The position numbers were made by a program, and so were the translations under genes. Shown here piece by piece: positions 41,736-50,696 of a stretch of 64,000 nucleotides of DNA. Numbering within the stretch: the first letter of the stretch is position 1; every line of letters begins with the position of its first letter. The stretch lies in contig DKRQ01000019.1 in NCBI GenBank assembly GCA_002472275.1, positions 140,279 to 204,278 on the forward strand. The letters run 5' to 3'. The stretch comes from Bacillales bacterium UBA7278 (GTDB lineage Bacteria; Bacillota_I; Bacilli_A; RFN20; CAG-826). The notes beneath the pieces are model-generated. The model was not told the DNA's origin. It saw nothing but the letters and a program-made list of their open reading frames with translations, and did no database searches.

Positions 41736-43279
41736 AGAACCACCCCGTTTAAAAGATCGTTCAGTAAGCTGAAATTTGACGGATTGACGGCGGAAAGGTA
41801 ATTATAGGAACCGGATTGATCGTTTTTGCTTCCAGAAACAATCCCTTGGGCATAATATGAGCCGCTATCAGCGATAACAGAAGGGGCTCCCGATTGCCCG
41901 GCGGTGAAATCGACATGGCACCGGAAGGCTCCGTTGTAACTGTAGAGGGTGCCTGAGGACACAACATTCTTATAAGAACCCGGATTCCTATCCTCTTCCC
42001 GTTCATCCGGAAGGCCCTTATTGCTTGGGCTGTCGGTACTGTAGTAGGCGGGGAAACCCAAAATCGAATTGTTTGTTGAATTGGTCGACGTGTTGTAGGA
42101 CAACCCTAAATAGCCGTGGCTATAATTCGAGGGGGAAGAGGAATTGGCCACTCGCAATATCCCCCAATCATAAGCCCGTTCGTGATAAAGGTAGTATCGA
42201 TAAGGAAAATAGCCCGTAAGAGCAGTGTCCGTATATCGATGGGTGGATTGAGTCCCAACCCGAACGGTCATTCCTTTTAGGAACAAGCCGTTTTCATGGT
42301 TATACAGACCGTGCCCAGCAGTGAATATGTATTCGTTATCCACGAAAAAGCCAGAACCTCTTGCGAGGTTATTTGAGTTGCCATCAAAATTCGCAAGAGT
42401 TTGGACAACGGCGCTCGCAGGATAGGAATCGTGTGCGTTCAAAAACATTCTGTCGTCGTCGTTCGTGCTTGATGCGGGGTTCCCGTTGCTATCATAGATT
42501 CCGCCAAGCGGAGGGAATTCCTCGACTGCAGCTCCGTAGTAATAAATCCCCTCTGATATTTGCGAGCGAACATAGCCCGAACCCGTAAGACTAGTTGGCA
42601 GATTGACGCCGTTTTCCGATGAAACAAGCCCGCTTTTGGTTCCGCTTGTTGGGGCGTTCGAATAATCTTCTTGCACAATCGAGAGGGCTGTCACGCCACT
42701 GCTGGTGTATCTTTCCCGGATATAGTAATAGTCAGCATCTACGCTGGCGATCGTGGTGCGCAAGCACGCGAAGGAGTAATTGCCTGTGCCCGTTCCGGAA
42801 AAAACGAAACAATAGTTGGCCGATGTGGGGAAAAAGATCCTCTCGGTGGGGGCGGTTGTCTCTGGGTAGAAGCAATCCCACGTTCCACCAGTGTTTTGGC
42901 GGAAAACCGATACTTTAATAGATACAGAAGAAAAGAAGAAAAGCGCGGTTTGGCCCGCGGTCATCCAGCAAGAAAAGTAATCGTGGTCACCGGAAAACTG
43001 GAACCTCCTAGCGATATAAGTGCTGAAATACATGGGTTCAGCATCCGAAAAGCCGGTCGACTCGTCAGGATCTTCCAGGCCTTTTCCACCTCCCTCGTCT
43101 TCCTCTATGCAGGAGGCAGAGGAACCATCGGGCTCTGTCTCGTGACCTTCCTTGGCTAGCGAGTAAAAGTCGGCCGAAATCGAGGCGGCGTCCTCTGTGG
43201 GGCAAAGATTCCCCTGGGAAGAAAAAAGACCCTGAGACAGTAAAACGGCAAAACCGGAAACTATGATAGGAATTTTCAT
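41732..43279 (-). CDS. secreted trypsin-like (S1) serine protease with N-terminal domain of unknown function
   Basis: Signal peptide MKIPIIVSGFAVLLS; catalytic triad context FTAGHGLY (His), DWGILRV (Asp), GQSGAPSV (Ser); AGGAGG RBS; start is M57 of tracked ORF. Confidence 0.6.
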   Translation of the reverse strand: MKIPIIVSGFAVLLSQGLFSSQGNLCPTEDAASISADFYSLAKEGHETEPDGSSASCIEEDEGGGKGLEDPDESTGFSDAEPMYFSTYIARRFQFSGDHDYFSCWMTAGQTALFFFSSVSIKVSVFRQNTGGTWDCFYPETTAPTERIFFPTSANYCFVFSGTGTGNYSFACLRTTIASVDADYYYIRERYTSSGVTALSIVQEDYSNAPTSGTKSGLVSSENGVNLPTSLTGSGYVRSQISEGIYYYGAAVEEFPPLGGIYDSNGNPASSTNDDDRMFLNAHDSYPASAVVQTLANFDGNSNNLARGSGFFVDNEYIFTAGHGLYNHENGLFLKGMTVRVGTQSTHRYTDTALTGYFPYRYYLYHERAYDWGILRVANSSSPSNYSHGYLGLSYNTSTNSTNNSILGFPAYYSTDSPSNKGLPDEREEDRNPGSYKNVVSSGTLYSYNGAFRCHVDFTAGQSGAPSVIADSGSYYAQGIVSGSKNDQSGSYNYLSAVNPSNFSLLNDLLNGVVL

Positions 43280-43314
43280 GGGTGTTCCTCCTGCCTGATA
43301 TTTAGCACGCTTTT

Positions 43315-43354
43315 GAAAAAAAACAAGAAAATGGGCGTGAATCACATGTGAATG
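43315..43354 (+). promoter_or_regulatory. conserved ~38-nt element, copy 2 (A-run, GAAAATGGGCGTGAATCACATGTGAATG)
   Basis: Shares GGCGTGAATCACAYGTGAWTG plus upstream A-run with 8130-8167; TCACATGTGA perfect palindrome; 36 nt upstream of protease gene start. Confidence 0.35.
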
Positions 43355-43611
43355 GGGAAAAGCAGACAAGATGCCCGGTCGATTGCGAGCCAAAAGTTTA
43401 ATCCATATCGTCCCTAGACAAACTTCCGGCCGCCTTACCAACTTCAATCGACGGTTCGCCTTAAGGATTGTCTTTTTAACTATTTATAAGGTTTTAGATA
43501 GTTTTACAGACACTACGGGTGTGAAGCCCCATAATCTAACCGACAAAAATGTAGAATTCTACAAAAAAAGAGATTAGAAAACCCTTACGACTCTCTTTTG
43601 ACTTGTGTGGG

Positions 43612-44484
43612 CTATTCTCCCTTCACGGGGTCGAGTTCGTATTTGCCGTCCTTTTCGTTACCGTCGCATAGGCAGGGGAAGAACGCCTCTTTGCCGTCTA
43701 TTTCCCTGAAGGTGGCCTTACGGCCCATAGAAACGTCCTCTAAGACGATTTCTTTGTTTACCCCGAAGAAGATGTGGCAATGGGTGACCATGAGCAAAGC
43801 AGGGGGGTTAGGCTGGCTCATGAGGTCCTTGATTTCGTTATTGAGGATTTTCTTGTTGTTCTTATCGAGGTTATTCAAGGGTTCATCCATCAGGATGAGA
43901 CGGCTGCCTAGGATCCTGGCCTGGAGGATGGCCGTGACGATTTGGCACATCTTGCGTTGGCCGCCAGAGCAAGAATAGATGGAACGGAGGTGGGGGTTAG
44001 TGAAGAAGCCGTTTCCTTTCCTCTCATCGAAGAGGCCGATTTTCCTGAAATGGGCCAAATAGTCCTCGACCGCCTTGCGGCATTCCTTCTTTTTCTCCTT
44101 CTTCTCGGAATAACTCATCTTCTGGTTATATTCGATCGTGAGCTTTAGATTTTGGTAGATCGCCGAGAAGATGGAGGAGGTAGGCAGGAAATCGTCTTCC
44201 TGAGGGACGTAGGCGATGGAGTTGCGTAGATGGGCGAGTTCTCTATCGGAGAAGCTATTCATGGCCTTTTCGCCGAAAAGGAAGGGGAATTGCACCTTTC
44301 CCTTGGTGGCTTTGACCGAGACGTCTTTGCCTACGAGCATCTTGAGGAAGGAACTTTTGCCATAGCCGTTCCTGCCCTTGATGAGGACGAAGTCGCCTCC
44401 TCTGATTTGCAGATCGTCGAAATCCACGGGTGTCCCGTGCACGTCGATCGTCGCCTTTTGGGTTTGAAGCAATATCTCTTCCAT
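43612..44484 (-). CDS. ABC transporter ATP-binding protein (MacB-type partner)
   Basis: Walker A GRNGYGKSS, signature CSGGQRKM, Walker B LILMDEP, H-loop VTHC; start at M106 of tracked ORF (RBS GGAGGAA). Confidence 0.85.
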   Translation of the reverse strand: MEEILLQTQKATIDVHGTPVDFDDLQIRGGDFVLIKGRNGYGKSSFLKMLVGKDVSVKATKGKVQFPFLFGEKAMNSFSDRELAHLRNSIAYVPQEDDFLPTSSIFSAIYQNLKLTIEYNQKMSYSEKKEKKKECRKAVEDYLAHFRKIGLFDERKGNGFFTNPHLRSIYSCSGGQRKMCQIVTAILQARILGSRLILMDEPLNNLDKNNKKILNNEIKDLMSQPNPPALLMVTHCHIFFGVNKEIVLEDVSMGRKATFREIDGKEAFFPCLCDGNEKDGKYELDPVKGE

Positions 44485-44486
44485 GG

Positions 44487-45449
44487 TCATTTCCTCCACG
44501 TCAAAACGGATGATTGCAGATAAATGGACACTAGTAGCGATAACCCCATCGCTAGAAGCATCGACGCTCCCGCGAGGGGATAGGTTAGGTTCATGAGGAA
44601 GAAGATGAGGACGATGAGGAACGGGGGCAAGAAGCGGTAGAGGCCCTTTTCCAGTAGGAAACGGTAGAAGACGCCCCACCTGGAGGAACCGCTTGTTATG
44701 AGCTGCCTCTTTTTCCTTTGGTCGTCTTTTAGGAAGACGAGCCCCACGGCGATGGGGGCGAGGAGGCACACGAGCACCCCGGCCGCAAAGCGGGGCCATG
44801 ATTCTTGGGCCGCTTTTTCGATTTCGACGTTTTTGAGGCGGATATTGCCCTCGATCTGCATGGGGCCGAAGGTGCCAAATTTCTTGGAGAAGCTAACGTA
44901 TCTAGGCTTCACGGAGCGGAGATATTCCTCCATATGCGCGTTGTGCCCGAGCAAGACGATGCCGTAATGCTCATGCTCAAAACCCTTCATCGCGGGGAGT
45001 TCCCCGACGATTTTGAAGGTTCCGTCGTCTTTGTCGTTGGTGAGTAAGGTGTCGCCAACTTTGAGTCTTCTCATCCCCATGACGTTTTTACTCACCATGG
45101 CTTCGCCCGGATTAAGCGAATTCATCGCGGAGACGTAGAAGGGCAACACCTCGGTATAGGTGAATCCAGGGAGCACCATGAGGATATCGGAGGAAAGAGA
45201 GTATTTGCCCGTCTTAACGATGCTTACTCCTGCAAAGTCCGCGAAGGCGTCTTTCTTCTCACCCGTAGAGGGATTTTCATAAGGCAAATCGGCGTAGACC
45301 TTCTCCTGGAATTCGCATTTGCGGAGGACGCTATATTGGTTAAGCGAAGCCGAAACGGGGCCAAAGGAATAAAGACAGAAAACCAATACCCCGAGCATGA
45401 TCAAAAGGGAGGGAAGGTAATCGTGGATGAACTTCCGGAAGAAGAGCAT
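44487..45449 (-). CDS. FtsX-like ABC permease
   Basis: 1 N-terminal TM, extracytoplasmic domain, 3 C-terminal TMs. Confidence 0.6.
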   Translation of the reverse strand: MLFFRKFIHDYLPSLLIMLGVLVFCLYSFGPVSASLNQYSVLRKCEFQEKVYADLPYENPSTGEKKDAFADFAGVSIVKTGKYSLSSDILMVLPGFTYTEVLPFYVSAMNSLNPGEAMVSKNVMGMRRLKVGDTLLTNDKDDGTFKIVGELPAMKGFEHEHYGIVLLGHNAHMEEYLRSVKPRYVSFSKKFGTFGPMQIEGNIRLKNVEIEKAAQESWPRFAAGVLVCLLAPIAVGLVFLKDDQRKKRQLITSGSSRWGVFYRFLLEKGLYRFLPPFLIVLIFFLMNLTYPLAGASMLLAMGLSLLVSIYLQSSVLTWRK

Positions 45450-46687
45450 TATTCCTCCGGTTTTTCGACGTTGAGGGGTTCTTCGGCAGGGATTTCCTGG
45501 GTCTCGGGGGCTAACTCGCGCCTACCATAGACGAGGTTACTATAGACCATGCCGATGGGGAGCGCGATCGCCAGTGCGGCGAGGACGGGCAGGCTATAGA
45601 TCAGGAGCGAATCCACGAAGATATGGCCGCGGATCGCGGAGTAGATAAGCGTGCCTCCAAGGGAGACCACAAGGGCCGCTCCGACGGCGATCAAATCGAA
45701 AATAATGATGGTTTTGCGGAGAATTTCTTTGGTTTTGCCGTTTGTTTTCTCGGCTTCATCGCGGTTACGGCCAAGGAAATCAAAGGCGATTAAGCCGCCC
45801 GCTAGTCCTAACGGAACGAGGATGGAGAAGAGCATCGTGAGCTGGAAGCCACGGTCTTTGCGGGTGGATACGGTGTCCTCGGCGCCTTGCATGTAAACGG
45901 CCTTGGCTTGCACCGCGTTGACGAAATCCTGCTTAAGCCAATTGGTCTTCATGGCTTCGTAGCCAGCCTGCAGTTTGGCTTCCCATTCTTCGTCGGTGTA
46001 TTCACCGGGTTGGCGTTGCGCGTCCCATCCCGCTTTATATTCCTCATAGGTCATGAGCTGGCCCATCGGCTTATAGCCTTCCAGCATCTGGGTGCATTTG
46101 GTGATATCCTTCGCGGCGATGAAGGCCAATTCGTAGGTCTTGGGTCCTTTGCCTTCGCCCCAAGACGCCGCCATCGCGGGGGTAAATTTGGCCATGGCGA
46201 TGCCGGTGGCCATCGTCTGGTAGTTGACCGCGGAATAGATGACGGAGACGGGCAAGGTGAATTTGGAGGCGCCTAAGGTGAAGGAAACCTGCGTGCCAAC
46301 TTGGGCCCCGATTTTCTGGGCGGCCACTTCATCTAGCATCAGGCCATTTTCCTTGTAGTCGCCCTTAACGACGCGCTTAGGGTTGAAGAAGGAGATGTCA
46401 TAGTCCGCCATTTGGTCGGAGAGGAGCAGGTGGATTTTGGCTGATGTGCCAGCCGCCACGGAGATTTCGTAATGATAGGTGGGGAAAAGCCCGCTGACCG
46501 CTTCCGTATTGGCCTTAAAGGTCGTCAGCTGGTCGTTAGAAGGCTGAGTGATGATGTAATCGAAGGTCGACTTGGTGAAAGTGGAGGTCGCTTGATCGAT
46601 GGCGATATTCGTCTCGACCGACATGGCTCCACCGACAAGAAGCAAAGCACCTGCGACGATGCCGAGTGCGATTTTGGCAAGTTTCAT
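45449..46687 (-). CDS. FtsX-like ABC permease (second)
   Basis: Same 1+3 TM topology. Confidence 0.55.
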   Translation of the reverse strand: MKLAKIALGIVAGALLLVGGAMSVETNIAIDQATSTFTKSTFDYIITQPSNDQLTTFKANTEAVSGLFPTYHYEISVAAGTSAKIHLLLSDQMADYDISFFNPKRVVKGDYKENGLMLDEVAAQKIGAQVGTQVSFTLGASKFTLPVSVIYSAVNYQTMATGIAMAKFTPAMAASWGEGKGPKTYELAFIAAKDITKCTQMLEGYKPMGQLMTYEEYKAGWDAQRQPGEYTDEEWEAKLQAGYEAMKTNWLKQDFVNAVQAKAVYMQGAEDTVSTRKDRGFQLTMLFSILVPLGLAGGLIAFDFLGRNRDEAEKTNGKTKEILRKTIIIFDLIAVGAALVVSLGGTLIYSAIRGHIFVDSLLIYSLPVLAALAIALPIGMVYSNLVYGRRELAPETQEIPAEEPLNVEKPEE

Positions 46688-46702
46688 ATCTATTCCCCCC
46701 GA

Positions 46703-47608
46703 TTAGATGGTCACTAGGACGGCGTTGGAATTCCCAGAATCCGTGAAGCCCGCCTTTTTGGAGCAAGCGGAAACGGTCACGGAATAGGGGCCGCCGTAGT
46801 AGTTGCGTTTTTCAAATTCTAGGGTGGAAATGGAGCACTCGTCATCCACGAGGGTTCCTTCTTCGGGGACGAACTGATATTCGGTGCCGTCGAGGTTCTT
46901 CATGGGAGCGCCGTCGATGTTGACTTTGTAGTAATCGGCGCCTTTGACGTGCTTCCAAGCGAGTTTGTTCTCGAAGCTGACCGTGGGCTTGAGGATGTTG
47001 TATTTGTCGACGATCATCGGGATGGTGCATCCGGAAGCGCCCGAGCCGATGACCTCGACTCCGGATTGGTCTTCGGGATAGAAATTCATCTTCATCGTGG
47101 ACTGACCGACGACGGAGGGAGTGATTTTGAAGACGATGCGTTGGGATTCCGTGACATCCGGTTCCGCGGGCACGCGGAAAGCCTGCTCGATCTTGTTCAT
47201 CTGCTTATTGGTGACGGGGTCGCGGTAGGGAATTGGGGTGCCGTCGGTGCCAGAGTCGGACTTCATCAAGAAGGCATCGAAGATCGTGATGGCCTCGAAT
47301 TCGAGAGCGGCTTTCAAAAGGAGATGGCCGCTGGTTTCGGCGCGGGAATAGTAGTCGAACTCGTAGACCAAATAGTATTGGTCAGCGATGCAAAGGCTCG
47401 CCAAATCGGCGTATTTGCTGTAATCGACAACTTCGTTAGGCTTTCCGGTGGAGACGATGAAACCGCGTTTGATCTTAGTCACGTTGACGGTGGTGGTCAG
47501 CTCGATGGAACGGGTGCCGGTGGAGAGTCCGCCGATATGGCTAGATTCACCTCCACAGGAGGCGAGACAGGCGACGATGGCCGGAATCAGAATGAGTTTC
47601 TTCTTCAT
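46703..47608 (-). CDS. hypothetical lipoprotein
   Basis: Lipobox LASCGG. Confidence 0.6.
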   Translation of the reverse strand: MKKKLILIPAIVACLASCGGESSHIGGLSTGTRSIELTTTVNVTKIKRGFIVSTGKPNEVVDYSKYADLASLCIADQYYLVYEFDYYSRAETSGHLLLKAALEFEAITIFDAFLMKSDSGTDGTPIPYRDPVTNKQMNKIEQAFRVPAEPDVTESQRIVFKITPSVVGQSTMKMNFYPEDQSGVEVIGSGASGCTIPMIVDKYNILKPTVSFENKLAWKHVKGADYYKVNIDGAPMKNLDGTEYQFVPEEGTLVDDECSISTLEFEKRNYYGGPYSVTVSACSKKAGFTDSGNSNAVLVTI

Positions 47609-47620
47609 AAAGATTGCTCC

Positions 47621-49486
47621 TTAGTAGTCTAACCCTAGGGTTTCGTAGGTCCTTTCGAAGACTTTGATGGTGGATTCGGGGTCGGTTGAATAAGTGACCT
47701 CTTCGATCGTGAATTCGATGCGATTCGCTTCACGGAAGGTTAGCGGGCGTAGGCCTGGAGTAACCCCATCGCGATAAACTGTCCAGTCGGCGTAGGTTTG
47801 TGTATTCACGTGATCGGAGTAAATCCATTTGACCTCGACCTTGGCGTTGATGTTCCTGTTCACGCCAGGAATGGAGTGATGGAGGACAAAATGGGCGAGT
47901 TTTTGGCCGCTTTCCTTGTCAATTGAGGTGCTCGGTTCATCCCAAGAAATGTTCGGAATGAGGAAGGTGACACGGTTAGAATCCGCGGAACGGAGAATGT
48001 CGTTGCCATTGCCGAGGTTGACGGTCCTCACCGCGTATTGGCCCGCGGCGAATCCATTGAGAGTAGTCTCGGAAAGATCCGTCAAATCCGTCCTCTTTTG
48101 GTCGTTAATGTAAATCGTGAAAGAAGAAGGATCGGCATTATCGAACGTGAAACTCTTGCCATCAAAGGAGATGGTGGGAGCACCGAGTTTGGTGAGTGTT
48201 ACCTCGTTGGAGAACTCCGAGGAAATCTGATTGGTGTTGCCAACGGCCTTGGCGGTAACCTTGTGGGCACCGACCGCGGTGATACCGTTAAGATTGGCGT
48301 CCCATTCGGCTCCGTCTAGATAGTATTGGACCGAATTCTCGCTGCTGACGTTGCTCGCATGGAGGACTCCTTCGGAAATGGAGATGAGGGGGCTATCGAG
48401 TTTGGTCAAAACCAAAGGCGCGGACATCGCGGAATCGATTTCTCCCGCGTTTCTCGCCGCGTTTTTGGCGGTGATGCTGTAGCTGCCGACTTCGGTGATG
48501 GTCTTCACGTCGCCGGTGAACTCAACGCCATCGCGATACCATATGAGGTTTTCGCCATCCGCGGCGGTGAGCGCTCCATTGACCAAGGAAAGCTTGGGAG
48601 TGGGCATCCTGCGGATTTCGGCTTCCACGGGGGTGGCGTAATCGACTTCGGCGTTAGGCCCAATGGTGCGGATGGAAATGTTATAGACGCCAGGGTTAGT
48701 GGTGTCGAAGGCGATTTCGGGTGCGGTCGGGGAGAATGTGGAGCCGTTGATGCGGACATCATATCCAGAAGCATCGGTCGCGGCGGTCCATTTGAATTTG
48801 CCGTCGGTGGCGTCGTAATGGATGTCGGAGACGCCCGGCATCTTCCTTAGTTTCACCGCGGCGGATTCGTCGCTGGGGGAGTAGGCGGAGACGCCGTTGC
48901 TGCCCTTTTTGTCGCTTCCCGCGATGACGTAGGTCTCGAATTGGCTGAAGAAGGCGATCGAGTTGAAATCGTAGGTGGTGGTTTCGGTGTTGTAGTTGGT
49001 GATGGCCGCCTTGGTCTCGGGGTTGCGGAGATAAACGGTGTAGAAAGTGGCATTCTCGATGGGCTCCCAGTTCAAAACGCCGGTAGTGAAGTTGAATTTG
49101 GGGGCAGGGGTGAGGAGTTTTTTCGGGGAAGTGGTGACCTTGATGACCTTTTTGAAGTTCAAATAAGTCAAGGTGACCTCTTGGGTGCCGACGTAAAGCG
49201 GGTCATAACCCGTCACGGTGAACTTGTCGCCGGAAATCCATTGTCCGACGGAATCGAAGGCGTTGCCGACGTGAATTTTGGCGTTGGATAAATCCAAGGT
49301 GCCGCCATAGACGATGGGGTATTCTTCCTGGAGTTCTTTGACTTCGGTGACCACGTTGGTTCCCATGTTGATAAGAACGGGGGCGGTGGCGCCACCGGCG
49401 ACGCCCAAAGCAACGAGGGCGACGCTGCCGATCATGATGGATTGGGCCAGTTTGAGCCTGGCCACTGCGCGAAGCATGTGTGCCAT
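47621..49486 (-). CDS. N-terminally anchored surface protein with repeated beta-rich (Ig/FN3-like) modules
   Basis: Single N-terminal TM then 580-aa Thr/Ser/Asn-rich extracellular region. Confidence 0.5.
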   Translation of the reverse strand: MAHMLRAVARLKLAQSIMIGSVALVALGVAGGATAPVLINMGTNVVTEVKELQEEYPIVYGGTLDLSNAKIHVGNAFDSVGQWISGDKFTVTGYDPLYVGTQEVTLTYLNFKKVIKVTTSPKKLLTPAPKFNFTTGVLNWEPIENATFYTVYLRNPETKAAITNYNTETTTYDFNSIAFFSQFETYVIAGSDKKGSNGVSAYSPSDESAAVKLRKMPGVSDIHYDATDGKFKWTAATDASGYDVRINGSTFSPTAPEIAFDTTNPGVYNISIRTIGPNAEVDYATPVEAEIRRMPTPKLSLVNGALTAADGENLIWYRDGVEFTGDVKTITEVGSYSITAKNAARNAGEIDSAMSAPLVLTKLDSPLISISEGVLHASNVSSENSVQYYLDGAEWDANLNGITAVGAHKVTAKAVGNTNQISSEFSNEVTLTKLGAPTISFDGKSFTFDNADPSSFTIYINDQKRTDLTDLSETTLNGFAAGQYAVRTVNLGNGNDILRSADSNRVTFLIPNISWDEPSTSIDKESGQKLAHFVLHHSIPGVNRNINAKVEVKWIYSDHVNTQTYADWTVYRDGVTPGLRPLTFREANRIEFTIEEVTYSTDPESTIKVFERTYETLGLDY

Positions 49487-50319
49487 TATTTCTGACTCCT
49501 TTCCAGGCGTTTGCTAAAGCCCTTATAGGCTTTGTTGAGAACCTTGATGTGCTTGCGTTTCCTGCGGCTGAAGATGAGGGTCTTCAGGGGATAGACGCTC
49601 GTGACGAAATCCTCGTCGTTGAGGGTGTCGTTGATGAAGGCGACGTAGAACTTCAATTGTTCATCGGTCTTCGCGGTCTTCATGAGGAATTCGGCAAATT
49701 CATAGAAGGCCACTTCGTCATAGTTGCCGAACTTGTCGGAAAGGGATTGCTTGATCTTCGAAACGGAAAGCAAGGTGGTTAGGTCGCCGCCTTTTCCGGA
49801 AACGGAGAAATAGTTCTGATAAAGCTGGCCCCAGAAATGGGGATTGATGGCGTCGCATTCCTTGATGTCCGCCACGATTTGGGCAACGGTGTCGAAGTCG
49901 CCGAAAAGCGAACGGCAGAAGACGACGCGGAGGACGACCTCGGCCAAGCGGTTCCAGGTTTTGCCTTTGTTCGGATATGCGCCGAGTTCACCGGCAAGAC
50001 CTTGAATCTCGATCTTGATGGTGCTCGCGGATTGCTGATCGATGGATTGGATTTCGGCTTCCAGGTTGACCGGGAATGCCTTATTGAGTTCGTTGGCGGC
50101 CTCTAATAGATCTTGATCGGTGCCGGCATTTTTGACGGCCTTATGGATGGCTTTCCATTGGTCCTCACTAGGCAAAACGATGAGGGAACTTTCGTCCTCA
50201 CCTTGGCTTAGCACAATGCTTCCGCAGAACTTGCACTTATAGCGGCCGAGCGACTCTTTGACCAAGCCAGAGCTCTCGCCGCAATGGGGGCATTTGAGCG
50301 CCTGAAGTTCGATTGCCAT
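49486..50319 (-). CDS. zinc-ribbon domain protein, first gene of ABC/surface operon
   Basis: CPHCGESSG...CKFCGS N-terminal zinc ribbon; start at M55 of tracked ORF with GGAGGAAG RBS. Confidence 0.5.
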   Translation of the reverse strand: MAIELQALKCPHCGESSGLVKESLGRYKCKFCGSIVLSQGEDESSLIVLPSEDQWKAIHKAVKNAGTDQDLLEAANELNKAFPVNLEAEIQSIDQQSASTIKIEIQGLAGELGAYPNKGKTWNRLAEVVLRVVFCRSLFGDFDTVAQIVADIKECDAINPHFWGQLYQNYFSVSGKGGDLTTLLSVSKIKQSLSDKFGNYDEVAFYEFAEFLMKTAKTDEQLKFYVAFINDTLNDEDFVTSVYPLKTLIFSRRKRKHIKVLNKAYKGFSKRLERSQK

Positions 50320-50552
50320 GCTCTTCCTCCTTGGGTAGTGGCAGGGGGAGTGAGTGCTCAAAACACTATTTTCCCCCGTTCCTATGGAACATCTTATTAC
50401 ACGAGACTCTTTTATTCTATAAAAAAATACCCAGTTCCAATTCGAATGCGGAAACCATACATTTTTGCAAAGATTTTTCACATTTTTGAGGTGTGAGGAA
50501 TCTCACAAAAACCCTGCAAAAACCCCATATTTTTTGGAACTAAAACCCATAA

Positions 50553-50592
50553 TTAGCGCATTTTTAGCGCTGTCTTAGCGCTTCTTTAGCGG
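50553..50592 (+). promoter_or_regulatory. four direct TTAGCGC repeats at exact 11-bp phasing (candidate regulator-binding array)
   Basis: TTAGCGC at 50553, 50564, 50575, TTAGCGG at 50586; ~50 nt upstream of extended -10. Confidence 0.5.
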
Positions 50593-50640
50593 ATGCCCAA
50601 AGGGCAGGAAACGAAAAAATCTCGATATATGGAAACCGCA

Positions 50641-50649
50641 TGTTATAAT
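50641..50649 (+). promoter_or_regulatory. extended -10 promoter element (TGtTATAAT) of the ESCRT-like operon
   Basis: TG-n-TATAAT 48 nt upstream of first gene; weak -35; leader hairpin CGCCTT-t-AAGGCG at 50661-50673. Confidence 0.4.
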
Positions 50650-50696
50650 TGCCTAAACTTCGCCTTTAAGGCGCCATACGAAGGGGGACAAAAATC

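Noticed and set aside
50553-50592. Tandem TTAGCGC repeats considered as a possible CRISPR or minisatellite
   Set aside because: Units are 7 bp with 4-bp spacers (11-bp period), far too short for CRISPR; interpreted as a regulator-binding array instead
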